36,612 nucleotides of DNA from positions 20,246,573 through 20,283,184 of the forward strand of contig NC_068990.1 of NCBI RefSeq assembly GCF_001194135.2. The letters run 5' to 3'. The notes beneath the pieces were generated by a model. That model was not told the DNA's origin and did not search any database. It saw only the letters and a program-made list of their open reading frames with translations. The stretch comes from Octopus bimaculoides. Lineage: Eukaryota. The translations under genes were made by a program, and so were the position numbers. Each line of letters opens with the position of its first letter. The first letter of the stretch is position 1. Of this stretch, positions 1 through 11,269 are shown in pieces.

Positions 1-330
1 GGTATAAAAGACAGAAAACCAGCCAACTTATTACAGTCTGTTAAAGTCTGTCATACCGGCCATGACGAAGGGAAATAGCCCTGAAACTCGAGTCGCCTTT
101 ATATATATATATTTATATTTATATATTTATATATTTGATCCTTTATATTGAACACTCAATATTTCATCTACATTCAATACTTTCTTTCATGGTGCCATCC
201 ATTTTTATTTTATTTTATTTTATATTGTATATTGTATATCATATTATATATTGTATATTCCATATTCTATACCCCACATTAGTTCTGCAGGAATATAAAT
301 AAAACATAAAAAACAGACAGTGTTGGAACT
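1..330 (+). mobile_element. Possible Penelope-like element pseudo-LTR fragment carrying H1 (boundaries uncertain, runs off window start)
   Basis: The HHR is followed by (TA)n and AT-rich low-complexity sequence, a layout known from PLE pseudo-LTRs. No ORF is visible. Confidence 0.35.
58..97 (+). ncRNA. Type I hammerhead ribozyme motif H1 (one-base insertion in core)
   Basis: GGC C(A)UGACGA AGGG-AAAUAG-CCCU GAAA CUCGAG UC/GCC. Helix I is GGC/GCC, helix II is AGGG/CCCU, helix III is the palindrome ACUCGAGU, and the GUC triplet is at 92-94. An extra A at 62 interrupts CUGA. Confidence 0.75.
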
Positions 331-378
331 CTTTTAAGCAAAATAATATATATATATATATATATACACATGTGTGTG

Positions 379-755
379 TGTGTAATAAGTAGCTTCATTA
401 CCAACCACATGGTTTCGGGTTCAGTTCCACTGCGTGGCAACTTGGCTGAGTGTCTTATCAGTGTCTTATCAGTGGATTTGGTAGACAGAAACTGAAAAGA
501 ACCCCGTCGTATATATTTATATGTATATATATGTGTGTGCGTGTTTGTGCGTCTGTGTTTGTCCCCCCAACGTCGCTTGACAACCGATGCTGGTGTGTAT
601 ACGCCTCCGTAACTTAGCGGTTCGGCAAATGAGATTGATAGAATATATACTAGGCTTTCAAAGAATAAGTCCTGGGGTCGATTTGCTCGACTAAAGTCGG
701 TACTTCAGCATGGCGGCAGTCAAATGATTGAGATAAGTAAAAAAGTAAAAGAGTA
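379..755 (+). mobile_element. tRNA-derived SINE, family A (CORE-like, internal TA/TG microsatellite)
   Basis: Head ...agtagct...accaaccacatggtttcgggttcagttccactgcgtggc (B-box), body gatttggtagacagaaactgaaa, tail gtaaaagagta. Colinear with the copy at 6357-6741. Confidence 0.9.
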
Positions 756-780
756 ATATATATATATTTATATATATCGT

Positions 781-1154
781 GGTCGGTTACGATGACATGG
801 GTTCTAACTGATCTGGTCAACGGAACAGCCTGCTAGTGAAATTAACGTGCAACTGGCAGAGCACTCCACAGACACATGTACCCTTAACGTAGTTCTCGGG
901 GAGATTCAGCGTGACACAGAGTGTGACAAGGCTGGCCCTTTGAAATACAGGTACAACAGAAACAGGAAGAAAGAGTGAGAGAAAGTTATGGTGAAAGAGA
1001 ACAGCAGGGTTCGCCACCATTATCCCTGCCGGAGCCTCGTGGAGCTTTTAGGTATTTTTGCTCATTAAGCAATCACAACCTCCGGTCTGGGAATCGAAAC
1101 CGCGATACTACAACCGCGAGTCTGCTGCCTTAACCACTGGGCAATTGCGCCTCC
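781..1154 (-). mobile_element. tRNA-derived SINE, family C variant (own head and middle, shared C tail)
   Basis: Minus-strand head ggaggcgcaattgcccagtggttaagg...ggtttcgattccc (A/B boxes). The 3' half (781-958) aligns with 5660-5841. Confidence 0.85.
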
Positions 1155-1158
1155 AAAT

Positions 1159-1600
1159 ATATATAAATATATATGTATATGTGTGTGCGTGTGTTTGTGT
1201 ACATGTTAGTATGTTTCTGTGTGTGTGTTTGAGTGCATGTGTATGTATATACGTATACCTATATAATCACGTATGTGTATATGTGCGTATATATTTATGT
1301 ATGTACGAAAGTAAATGTGCATCCGTGTATGTGTACACGGGAAAAGAAACAAGCATTAATTCTTAAGTTTACTGTTAAGATTCCTTACTTGATATATAAA
1401 CAGACATCAGAAATGTGTGTGTGATTATATACATATACATACATACACACACATACAAATACACACATATATATGTATCTATGTATGCGTGCATATATGT
1501 ATGTGTGTATGTACGTATGAATGTATGAATGAATGTGCGTACCTATGTAAAACCATACGCGTATATGGATATGCGCCTGTATATATTAGGAGATAATATT
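1159..1600. repeat. Compound TA/TG/CA/TATG microsatellite
   Basis: Degenerate dinucleotide and tetranucleotide runs. Source of the spurious YVCV/HT ORFs. Confidence 0.9.
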
Positions 1601-2499
1601 AGTGTTCAAGATAGGTGAGGTGAAGAGTGAAATGTGTGTGACAGTATGTGAAAGGAGAGGCAAATTATCTCAATAATATATAAAATATATTGATAGTGAT
1701 CTGTTATGTCATACAGAATCGATTGTATACAGCATGTTATTCAAACACGAATAACTGCTAAGGTTAGAATTCTAGTGGTAACGATTAGAAATGCCTTTAT
1801 CAATCTAAAAATGTCATATAGCAATTGTTATGTGATTGTAGCATATATCAGTGAAGAGTTAAGCTATTTTTCATTGTCAGCTGTTATAATATTGTTGAAA
1901 ATGTACAGATACATTGTAACCGATAACGTTGATGACAGCTCTTAAAAGATAAGATTTGAAATTATGTCGTGTAGTCTTCCGTGATAAACTTGAAACTGTT
2001 ATGAAGCATATTGACTAAATTATCTGAGAGCAGACGGGAGTGAGTGGTTGAGAAGATCCAATGAAACAGGTTTTCCAAACAGTAGCAATTTCGTTTTTTT
2101 TATTATTTCTTTTCCAAATTCATAGAACATAAATATATTGCATTTACGTCAAAGGTAGAGCTGACATAAAGTAATTATGAAAACACTCAACTCGAATATA
2201 AATTACAGCATTATGATTGGTTACATAAATGGCTTTGTGGTTCAGAAATCCGCTTCACATAAACGAAGTTTTTAGTTCAATTTCACTGACAGTCGCTACA
2301 ACCCCACATCAAACATTGTTCCTTGAACGACTTTTAAACAGCTCTCAGACTGCTTAAAATTGTTTCACCTCATCTTTTAATGTATTTTGAACAAATTGCA
2401 CCAACCCTGTCTCCGATTAGTACTATGTCTTTCCAAATGAGTTTACTATTATGAACAAATTAACATACAAGATAACAAGGAGAAATATTAACACTAACA

Positions 2500-2720
2500 T
2501 ACGAATGAGTTCTGAATAATTCCTGGCTTTGGGTAAAAGAAAATGCTGAGGGTCAGTTCATTATAATTTTGTTCAACATATTCCCCTCTCAGATTCACAT
2601 ACTCATTGCAACAGTCCTTCAGTTTTTCTAATGCCTTGTAAGAGAAATCGGAAGGTTGGGCCTCCAGCCAGGACTTTCGCGACACCCTTAAAGCCAGGAA
2701 CTTTTCAGCACCCCTTCGTA
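2500..2720 (-). mobile_element. Mariner-derived MITE (about 220 bp) with TA ends
   Basis: Right end aagccaggaacttttcagcaccccttcgTA. Left end TAcgaatgagttctgaataattcctggcttt is a degenerate inverted copy. The interior encodes a mariner C-terminal remnant on minus (ALEKLKDCCNEYVNLRGEYVE). Confidence 0.85.
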
Positions 2721-4324
2721 TTTCGTCATATCTGGTTTCTGGAGATGATTCGAAAATTTCTACCCTGACTTTTTAAAAAATATATATACGCTCCCATGTA
2801 ATTTCTAACTTGTATTTTCATGGCATTTCATTTAAAAGTTTCATGAAAATTTTAAGTGTACCTTTATCGTAGTTTACTGTGTCACAAGCAACCGCGCCAA
2901 ACAGCGCCTTTCCGCCTTTCTAATTTTGTTTACCAATTAATTAACATAGAATAATTAACTGGTGTTCAGATTAGTCACTGGTCTCTCCAGCCTAGAAGGA
3001 CCAGAATCTTTCCTCTGAATAAACCATACAGTATAAATCTGACAAAACATGTACATGCAAACGATTTTATAACCAGCGGAATCGGTCACTGAAGTCGTCA
3101 CGTTTCCGGTCAGCAAATACATTTTACAATCCTAATCGACGAACGGGGGATCCCACGCCCGCAACGGGTAGCGTTTGAAATGGGCGCTGGGGCTATAGAT
3201 CTCGTGTTTCGAGTTTAAGAGAAACTCCGGGCCCATTCCGTCTTTATGAGTCCTTGCCCGTCCTGCCGTGTAAAGGATGTATCGTCCGCTCCAGTTTAAA
3301 CTGCTTTCCTCATATATCTTTATCCATACATACATTTATACATACATGTATGTGTGTGTGTAAATGTACAGCGTTTCTGCTACATACATTGGATTTGTGG
3401 AGTACTCACTATCATTTAACTATCTAATATTGCCTTGCTTCTTCTATTTACAGGATGACAAACTGAGTATCCCTCCTGAGTATCACTCAATTACTCAATT
3501 AATTGTCGCTGTCGTTGACTTTTCCATTTTACATATTTGTAACTATACAGTCTATCGATCGGGCGAAGAATTTGAAGGATTATAAATTATTTGATATTAA
3601 ATAATATTCACAAGGTGTTACATACAGACTCTTGAGGCGCATTTCAAATATAATTTCAATCCACAATGCTAGTCTATATGAGTAAGGTATAAGCATATTC
3701 ATGAATATACATAAATGCCTTCGTATAATTCGAAATCTGCATGCTGCCATCATTTAAATATTCCTTCAAGCTTACGCAGGTGTGAACGCAGTATCTACAT
3801 ACATCAAAAGACATCCATTTTGCATACGTACATACACTCCGTTGCTTCACGTACACGTTTACATATTTCCATATAAATTTCTCCTTTACAAACACATATC
3901 TCAGTACACACGACTACAAGTGCACACACAGCACAGAATTATATTTTCCGTGTTCCTATGGTTAAGTAATTATCACACGCATAAATGCACATTTTCTTAC
4001 CTGTATTTACACTCTTATGTTTATAGCCTCACACGTACTTACATTATTTTTTTTGTACACACTCTGTATAATAATCTTTCCTTTCAAATCAATCACTTTA
4101 TAGCAGCAAACAGCGATTTGGTTGCGAAGGAGGTTGTTTAAAACATACTTATCAGACCTTTCTGCAAAAGTTTTAAAATGCAAACTAATATGCTTTTAAG
4201 GATGGTTTATTGCTGTCATAATTCATATATGTTAAAACTCTGCTCGCGGTCATGTCATATACGACATAGTTCTCTTCAGAGAATCGGTGTTTTCTATATG
4301 ACAAATATCAAGCAATGTCTCGAA

Positions 4325-4656
4325 CATACGCTCACACACACGCACGCACGCACGCACACACACACACATACACACACACACACATACACTCACACACTCA
4401 CTCAAACACACACACACCCACAAACACACGAATACACACACACACACAAACACGCGAACACACACAAACGCACAAACGCGCGCACACAAACGAACATACA
4501 TTCACACACACAAACATACATTCATATACACACATGCACGCACACAAACACACCCATGAACATAGATAGATAGATAGATCTAGTACTATGCATACATACA
4601 TACCTTCATACATACATATATATTATATATATATGAGCGTGTGTGTGTTTGTATTA

Positions 4657-4705
<49 letters not shown>

Positions 4706-4715
4706 ATATATACAC
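4325..4715. repeat. Compound (CA)n/(GATA)n/(TA)n microsatellite
   Basis: Visible directly in the sequence. Confidence 0.95.
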
Positions 4716-5324
4716 AGAGGGAAGCAGTCAGATAGACAGAGAAAGAGAGAGGTTAACGTTTCGGTAGTCCGGAAGCGGCAAGAGTTACGGTAGCCCAGAG
4801 GCGTCAAATGCTAAGTATCTCATGTTGAATCACATTGTGTATAAGTAAACTTATGTTTCTGGAGAACAATGCACTGCGCACATTGTCAAGAAGTTTAACC
4901 TTATAACTGACAGTTGAATTTGCAGCGAGCTTCAAATGCCTTGCAGCACATGTTCCGGTTGTCTGCACTCTGAGTGCAAAGGACACTGATATGCCTTTTG
5001 TCTCTCATGATCCGGAATTATTACAGGAAGAGAAAGTCAAGTAGTAAGAACGATCGTAATTTCTCATTTTCACTTTCTCCCCACCTTCCGTCCTCTCTTT
5101 CTCGGCTTATGTCATCGGAATCAGCTGGGCTGTATCAACAGGATGGATATGAGCTACCACGAGCAGATTCTTTTTCTCCAAAATTGGAGAAGGGCTGAAT
5201 GACACAAAACGAGCTTATTAACAAACTGCATGCGATGTAGAAGATCGCGCATTCGAAATCAAGAAGTTACATATTGCTCACAAGCATAAAGTATTTGATT
5301 TGATGTGCTCTAAAACTTGTTGTG

Positions 5325-5484
5325 TAGATCGACTTCAGTACGCAACTAGTACTTAATTTATGGACGCCGAAAGGATGAAAGCAAAGTCGACCTCGGCGGA
5401 ATTTGAACTCAGAATGTAAAGAGAGGCGAAAAACCGCTAAGCATTCTGCCCGGCGTGCTAACGTCTCTGCCAGCTCACCGCCTT
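5325..5484 (-). mobile_element. tRNA-derived SINE, family B (3'-truncated)
   Basis: Minus-strand head ggcggtgagctggcagagacgttagcacgccgggcag...gagttcaaattccgccgaggtcgactttg, matching 8191-8410. Confidence 0.9.
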
Positions 5485-5522
5485 AGAAACAAGCAATATT
5501 ATCAACAATTCTACAGTGGCGA

Positions 5523-5841
5523 GAGAAGACGCGTGGCTTAGAGGTTAAGGTATTCAGCTCAAGATCGTAAGATTGTGAGTTCAATTCCCGCTGACGTGTT
5601 GTGTCCTTGAACAAGACACTTTATTTCACGTTGCTCAAGTCCACCAGAGCTGGCAAAAATGAGTTGTACGGGTATTTCAAAGGACCAGCCTTGTCACGCT
5701 CTGTGTCACGCTGAATCTTAACTACGTTAAGAGTACGGGTGTCTGAGGAGTGCTCAGCCACTTCCGCATTAATTGCATGACTAAGCTTTTCCGTTGATCG
5801 GATCAACTGGAACCCTCATCGCCATCACCGAAGGAGTACCA
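5523..5841 (+). mobile_element. tRNA-derived SINE, family C (near full length)
   Basis: A-box tggcttagaggtt, B-box gagttcaattccc, core hairpin gtgtccttgaacaagacac, and a tail shared with 781-958. Confidence 0.9.
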
Positions 5842-5853
5842 TATATAAGGTTA

Positions 5854-6068
5854 GAGCTTTGAGAATAGTTAGCACGCCGGGCAAAATGCTTATCGACATT
5901 TCGTCCGACTTTACATTCTTGTTCCGTTCAAGTTCCGCTTGGGTCGACTTTACCTTTCATCCTGTCTAGGTCAATAACACAGGTACCAGTTGAGCACTGG
6001 CGCCGCTATAATGGACTAGCACCCACCCCCGAACTTGCTGCCTTTGTGCTAAAATTTGAAACCAATAT
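5854..6068 (+). mobile_element. SINE family B, diverged
   Basis: gttagcacgccgggcaaaatgctta...gtcgactttacctttcatcc...gtaccagttgagcactgg...aaatttgaaaccaatatt. Confidence 0.85.
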
Positions 6069-6356
6069 TATCAACTCTTCTATGTTCTTACAGTTTTATT
6101 GTGAAGTAAAGAACATTTAGAGCATAAAATGTTAACATCGTATGTTATACAATATGTTATATAAAACGGGATATTTATATAAATTACGCGATTCGCTGTA
6201 TGTAAAATAACACTATATCTTAACTAATTTCAATATTCAAGATTCTAGAAAGGATTGATGGAAATATAAGCATTCAAAATATGTTGGGTTGATAGCAAAC
6301 TAGTTGGGTCTCATGAAGTAGTCAAATCTTTGCTAAACATGGCCTCAGATACTTGA

Positions 6357-6741
6357 TACTCTTTTACTCTTTTACTTGTTTCAGTCATTTGACTGCGGCC
6401 ATGCTGGAGCACCGCTTTTAGTCGAGCAAATCGACCCCAGGACTTATTCTTTGTAAGCCTAGTACTTATTATATCAGTCTCTTTTGCCGAACCGCTAAGT
6501 TACGGGGACCTAAACTCACCAGCATCGGTTGTCAAACACAGACACACAAACACAAATATATATACATATGCATATATACGACGGGCTTCTTTCAGTTTCC
6601 GTCTACCAAATTCACTCACAAAGCTTTGCTCGGCCCGAGGCTATAGTAGAAGACATTTGCCCAAGGTGCCACGCAATAGGACTGAACCCGGTACCATGTG
6701 GTTGGTAAGCAAGCTACTTATCACAGAGCCACTCCTGCGCC
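6357..6741 (-). mobile_element. SINE family A, full length
   Basis: Minus strand: ggcgcaggagtggctctgtgataagtagcttgcttaccaaccacatggtaccgggttcagtcc ... tail (gtaaaaga)n. Confidence 0.92.
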
Positions 6742-7153
6742 TACAAACACATTTCCTTTTGATGCACAGGCTAAGTAAACGCCAAAGTGATGACGTACGT
6801 GCTTTCAAGAGGTTTGTTTACTCATGCATTGTAGAGTAAACACATTATTAAAGAAAATATATTACTGAGCCCAGGATTAGTGACCAAGTTGTTCAATAGT
6901 TTCTCGATTCACCTGTAAATGGCAGGGCAGCACTAAAATATTGCAAATTTTAAAACAAAGGCTCTGAGCAAATTAGATATCTGATCGTATTCAAGGCATT
7001 TGGTTTGAACGTAAAATATGTCAAGTTCTATACTCGAGTGCAAACGATCAGGATTATTTTTGCAGCGATTAATAACTATCTGCTCTGAGTTACAGAACAG
7101 AAATATCATGATATTAATCATCGATAACATCAAAAAAAAAAAAAAATTAAAAT

Positions 7154-7172
7154 TATAATAATAATAATAATA

Positions 7173-7229
<57 letters not shown>
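7154..7229. repeat. (TAA)n trinucleotide microsatellite preceded by poly-A
   Basis: Visible directly; gives the poly-Leu ORF artefact. Confidence 0.95.
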
Positions 7230-7231
<2 letters not shown>

Positions 7232-7694
7232 CTCACAGTGATAGACAAGCGTATTTTTCCAATAACCTTTAAAGAGTTAAAATATGTGATATATTTGTAC
7301 TGATGGACCTGAGACGCTATAGATACTTTTAAATGAGACGCTATCACGCAAAACCAGCATCAAAATGAATAAAAGAATAGACGAAAAGCAAAAATGGTAT
7401 GTTGCGTCAGGAATTAGAAAAGTTTAAAATTGAATTTCAATTTTGTCTTTGCGTTCATCTGTGAAAACTTGCTTTGAATAAGTGCTCTTCAGCTTTCTTA
7501 TAACTCTGAAGAAGACCAAACATGTGAGTTAGCCAGCAACCAACCTATCGCTTCGCAATGAGTAGAAATGAAGCATTTATCTAACGTCGTCATTTAATCC
7601 CGGTATTTTTTTTTTTACTTACAGAATCTCAGTTGGGATGGAAACAGAGTGTTTATTACATAAATAACGCTTCTGGTCCCGTTACTGTAAATAT

Positions 7695-8117
7695 ACTTTT
7701 CTACTCTAAGTACAAAGCCGGAAATATTGGGGGAAGGGAATGTGCCAGTCGATTAGTCGCAACTTGTACTTAATTTATCGACCCCGAAAGGATGAAAGGC
7801 CGAGTCAACTTCGGCGGAATTTGAATTCAGAACGTAAAGACAAACGGAATACAGCTAAGTATTTCGCCCGTCTTGCTAACGTTTCTTATTTCTTTATTGC
7901 CCACAAAGGGCTAAACTTGGAGGGGACAAAGAAGGACAGACAAATGGATTAAGTCGGTTACATCGACCCCAGTACGTAACTGGTACTTAATTTATCGACC
8001 CCGATAGTATGAAAGGCAAAGTCGACCTCTGTGGAATTTGAACTCAGAAGGTAATGGCAGACGAAATACCACTAAACATTTCGCCCGTCGTGCTAACGTT
8101 TCTGCCAGCTCATCGCC
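7695..8117 (-). mobile_element. SINE family B, dimeric (two internal monomers)
   Basis: The monomer gctaacgtttc...ttcgccc...gaatttgaa..cagaa...atcgaccccga occurs twice (about 7760-7885 and 7960-8117). Confidence 0.92.
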
Positions 8118-8190
8118 TTCCATATTACCGCAGATATAGTAAGGGCTAAACTAGCGGATGATGTCGTTTTAGCATTATGCATTTGTGATA

Positions 8191-8410
8191 AGACGGCGAG
8201 CTGGCAGAAACGTTAAGACGCCGGGCGAAATGCTTAGCGGTATTTAGCCTGTCTTTACGTTCTGAGTTCAAATTCCGCCGAGGTCAACTTTGCCTTTCAT
8301 CCTTTCGTTATAAAAAAAACTAAGTACCAGTTTCATATTGGATTTGATCTAATCAACTAACTTCCTCCCCAAAACGTTCGGGCCTTGTGCCTAGAATGGA
8401 AAAGATCATA
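8191..8410 (+). mobile_element. SINE family B monomer with target-site duplication
   Basis: Head acggcgagctggcagaaacgtt, B-box gagttcaaattcc. Flanked by the direct repeat catttgtgat at 8180-8189 and 8411-8420. Confidence 0.92.
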
Positions 8411-8840
8411 CATTTGTGATCTTCCTCATTTCAGAACTTGGACAAATGGAAGCATTTTGCTATTGCCATCAGAATAAACTTTGGCCATGTATAATTTGAG
8501 AGATACTCAAAGCTAAGTTGTTGCTCCATCGGATATTTGTATCTTTTATTGCTCCGTTTGCACTTACGTATCTTGTGCTGCAAGACCTCTTTTAGGGCAT
8601 CTGTATTTTAAATTTGAGCTACACATACAAAGCTACTTAAGCAGTTCTAGGGCCAATACTTTCGGATTTTGCACTTATCGAAGGAAATTATAATTTGGAA
8701 GCATTCTTCTGTATAGAAGACAATGATATTATTGTTCAAGAGATTTTAGATTTTTTTCCGTAAAGCCTTAGCGTATCACGCAATAAACAATATATTGAAG
8801 ACATACACATATATATAAAAAATTCCCCACCCCACCCCCC

Positions 8841-9050
8841 AAAAAAACGAAGAACAAATACAACAAGAAAAAACAACAACGCGAGTACGTGGTACATACA
8901 AAGTATTAGCAGACGCTCAAGGAAGGAACGAAAGGTGGTTTTACGTTTCGAGTAAAGCACTTCGTCAGAAACAGACGGAGGTAAGTCCATGAGAAAAGTA
9001 AGACGGAAGATAAACATCGCCAACGGTCCACATGTGGTTAGATTTTACAA
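8841..9050 (-). mobile_element. Family D hammerhead-bearing repeat, divergent subfamily (PLE-derived or retrozyme-like)
   Basis: Shares aacaacaac..gcgag.ac.gtggt, gtatt.g..gacgctc and tt.acgtttcgag with 18595-18749 and 33644-33830. Contains HHR H2. Confidence 0.65.
8938..8972 (-). ncRNA. Minimal type I hammerhead ribozyme motif H2 (canonical core)
   Basis: Minus strand: GUUU CUGACGA A GUG-CUUUA-CUC GAAA CG UA/AAAC. Helix I is GUUU/AAAC, helix III is the palindrome ACGU, the triplet is GUA, and helix II has a U-U mismatch. Confidence 0.7.
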
Positions 9051-11269
9051 CGCATTATATGTATATATGTATACCTAACCTCAATGTATACCTTTACGCG
9101 CATATATATATCTGTTTGTGTATGGATGTATATATATATATATGCGTGTATAGGTGTACATTGAGGGTAGTACACATAAATATATATACATATAATGTGC
9201 CGTAAAATGCATTACATCATAGATAGGCATAATTCAATAGATTCTTGTTTTGTTTTCTTTTACAAACTCTAAAAACAGCAAACTGACTTTTCTTTTGCAA
9301 TTTTTCTTTGTCTCAAAAGATAGGAATTAAGTAGAAATATGTTTTTTTTCTTCTCTTTTATTCATGTAATAGAACATAGAATATTTCATTCACAAACATG
9401 ATCTATTTTTGTTATTTTTCCTTATCTTACAAACGCCAGAAATTATTATGACATATTATGTAAACAATTGGATATTTATATATGTGTGCGTGTTTGTGTG
9501 CGCGTGTGTGTATGTGTACTTGTGTGTGAATGAGTGCTTTTGTGCATATATATATATATATATATCCATATTTATGCACAAAAGCATTCACACGCATCTA
9601 TCTATGCTATATATATCTTTATGTAAGCATGAATGTCTATGAGCATGTATGTATGCGTATGTGTTTATGTAAGTATTTACAAGCATATGCACTCGTGATT
9701 GTTGCTAACTCTATCGAAAGTGAGTTATGAGAGACATCAAACCTGTTGACTACATTATTACATTTTGTTTTTCAAAATATAGTTTTGTTGTAGTATTATT
9801 CTAAACTTCCGAACAGAACATTTATTATGATAAAATTAACCATAATAGTAATCTACTATGCAGTAATCAAGATTGTAGTGTGGTTTGCAAGAATTTATTT
9901 CGAGTAAAAGAATATGAAACGTTAGAATAGACATACGTAAATAAAAAATCAGCTTTGCAAATATAAATGAAAAAAATAGCAAGAAGACTGAGATATGGCT
10001 ACTGTTACGAAATTTGAACTTGGATATCCCTATAAACAATACTCGATTAACTTGGCGTCAATATTGACACTGTTCTACACTTTCAGAAAATTTGCCAGAG
10101 GGTGACATCACCCCGCATCTTTCTCATGTTTCTCTTTAGATAGAATTTGAGGAAGTTGTCGAAGGATTAATTCTAAAGGAAATATTTCCTATGCTGTATA
10201 TGCTTTTCCCTCGAAACTTCCAGCCACACCCACCAAAATCTCCTATCGATAATGTCACTAATGAGTGAATGTCTACCGATTCTTCCTTCTCGAGAAAACT
10301 GGTGAACGATTGATTCGGATCATTTACAGATACGACCCACATGCAATAACTGTTCAACATAAACAAGAAAAAAAAACCTATTATTCAGAGAGATTTCGAA
10401 CGTGCATGGTAGACAGTTTCGTCCTTCTTCGTGCTGCTTCAACAGCTTCAGTGCAGGTCGCTCAAAAATGGTCATAACTGTAAGGTTTGCCCGAAGCAGG
10501 TAACAATCTACTGAATATTATCTACAAGTGACTCATGTAATGTCATTGTTGACGCAGAGAATTAGTACACGCAATCAACAGTCATATCCCCTACGTGGTC
10601 CCTGTAAGAAAAGATATTTGAGGTCCCACTCATTGTGTTGTCTAGCTTGTACAGTGCACGAGAAGCTATAATTTTCTGCTCTCGGTCAAACGAACTTTTT
10701 CAGATAAGGTATTTTCGGACGTCTCTCGGTGAATGACGTGTAAATTATATAAAATAAACAAAACCGAAAACAAGAAAATAATGATGGCATTTAGGATAAT
10801 CAACGACAAGCTAAGGCAGTTCGCATTAACTTTTTTCAGCAATTCAAGAATGGAAAGAAACGTATGTTATCAGCAAACTGCTATAAGAAAATGCCAATTC
10901 CAGGACATCTTTAGTGGAAAACAATTTTAATTTCATACAAACACATTGAAATCACAAGCAAAGCAAAGGGTATTTTTCTGCAAAAAAAAAAATCGACAAA
11001 TACAAAAGAGGGTCTAAACCGAGGAGGGGTTGTCGGATAATAAAGGAACAGCAGATTTTGTGCAAATGGAAAGAAATGCCAATACCACCCCTTACCTGCC
11101 ATAACCAATATTTACACGTTATATATATCTTGTGAATCCTCGTTGTAAATGGCATTTCTGACTCATCGTCCATGACTTCGACATTGCAGGCTAGTTGCAG
11201 ATTTGTATGGTTTGAATTATAGGAGACAGACAAAATTTGTAAAATACTACATGTTTCCTACTGGTTAGA

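Noticed and set aside
4974-5198. 74-aa ORF and adjacent higher-complexity sequence
   Set aside because: Non-ATG start in the track, no recognisable domain or convincing splice pair.
5523-5590. tRNA-like segments at SINE heads (also about 1080-1154, 6670-6741, 8191-8280)
   Set aside because: They have A/B boxes but no complete cloverleaf and continue into SINE bodies, so they are not tRNA genes.
7310-7344. 11-bp direct repeat tgagacgctat 14 nt apart (and accttwaagataac at 26619 and 26727)
   Set aside because: Too short and isolated to support an element or footprint call.
7695-8410. Recurring 30-40-bp motifs that could be read as a CRISPR-like array
   Set aside because: They are internal parts of SINE monomers with irregular spacing in eukaryotic DNA, and there are no cas genes.
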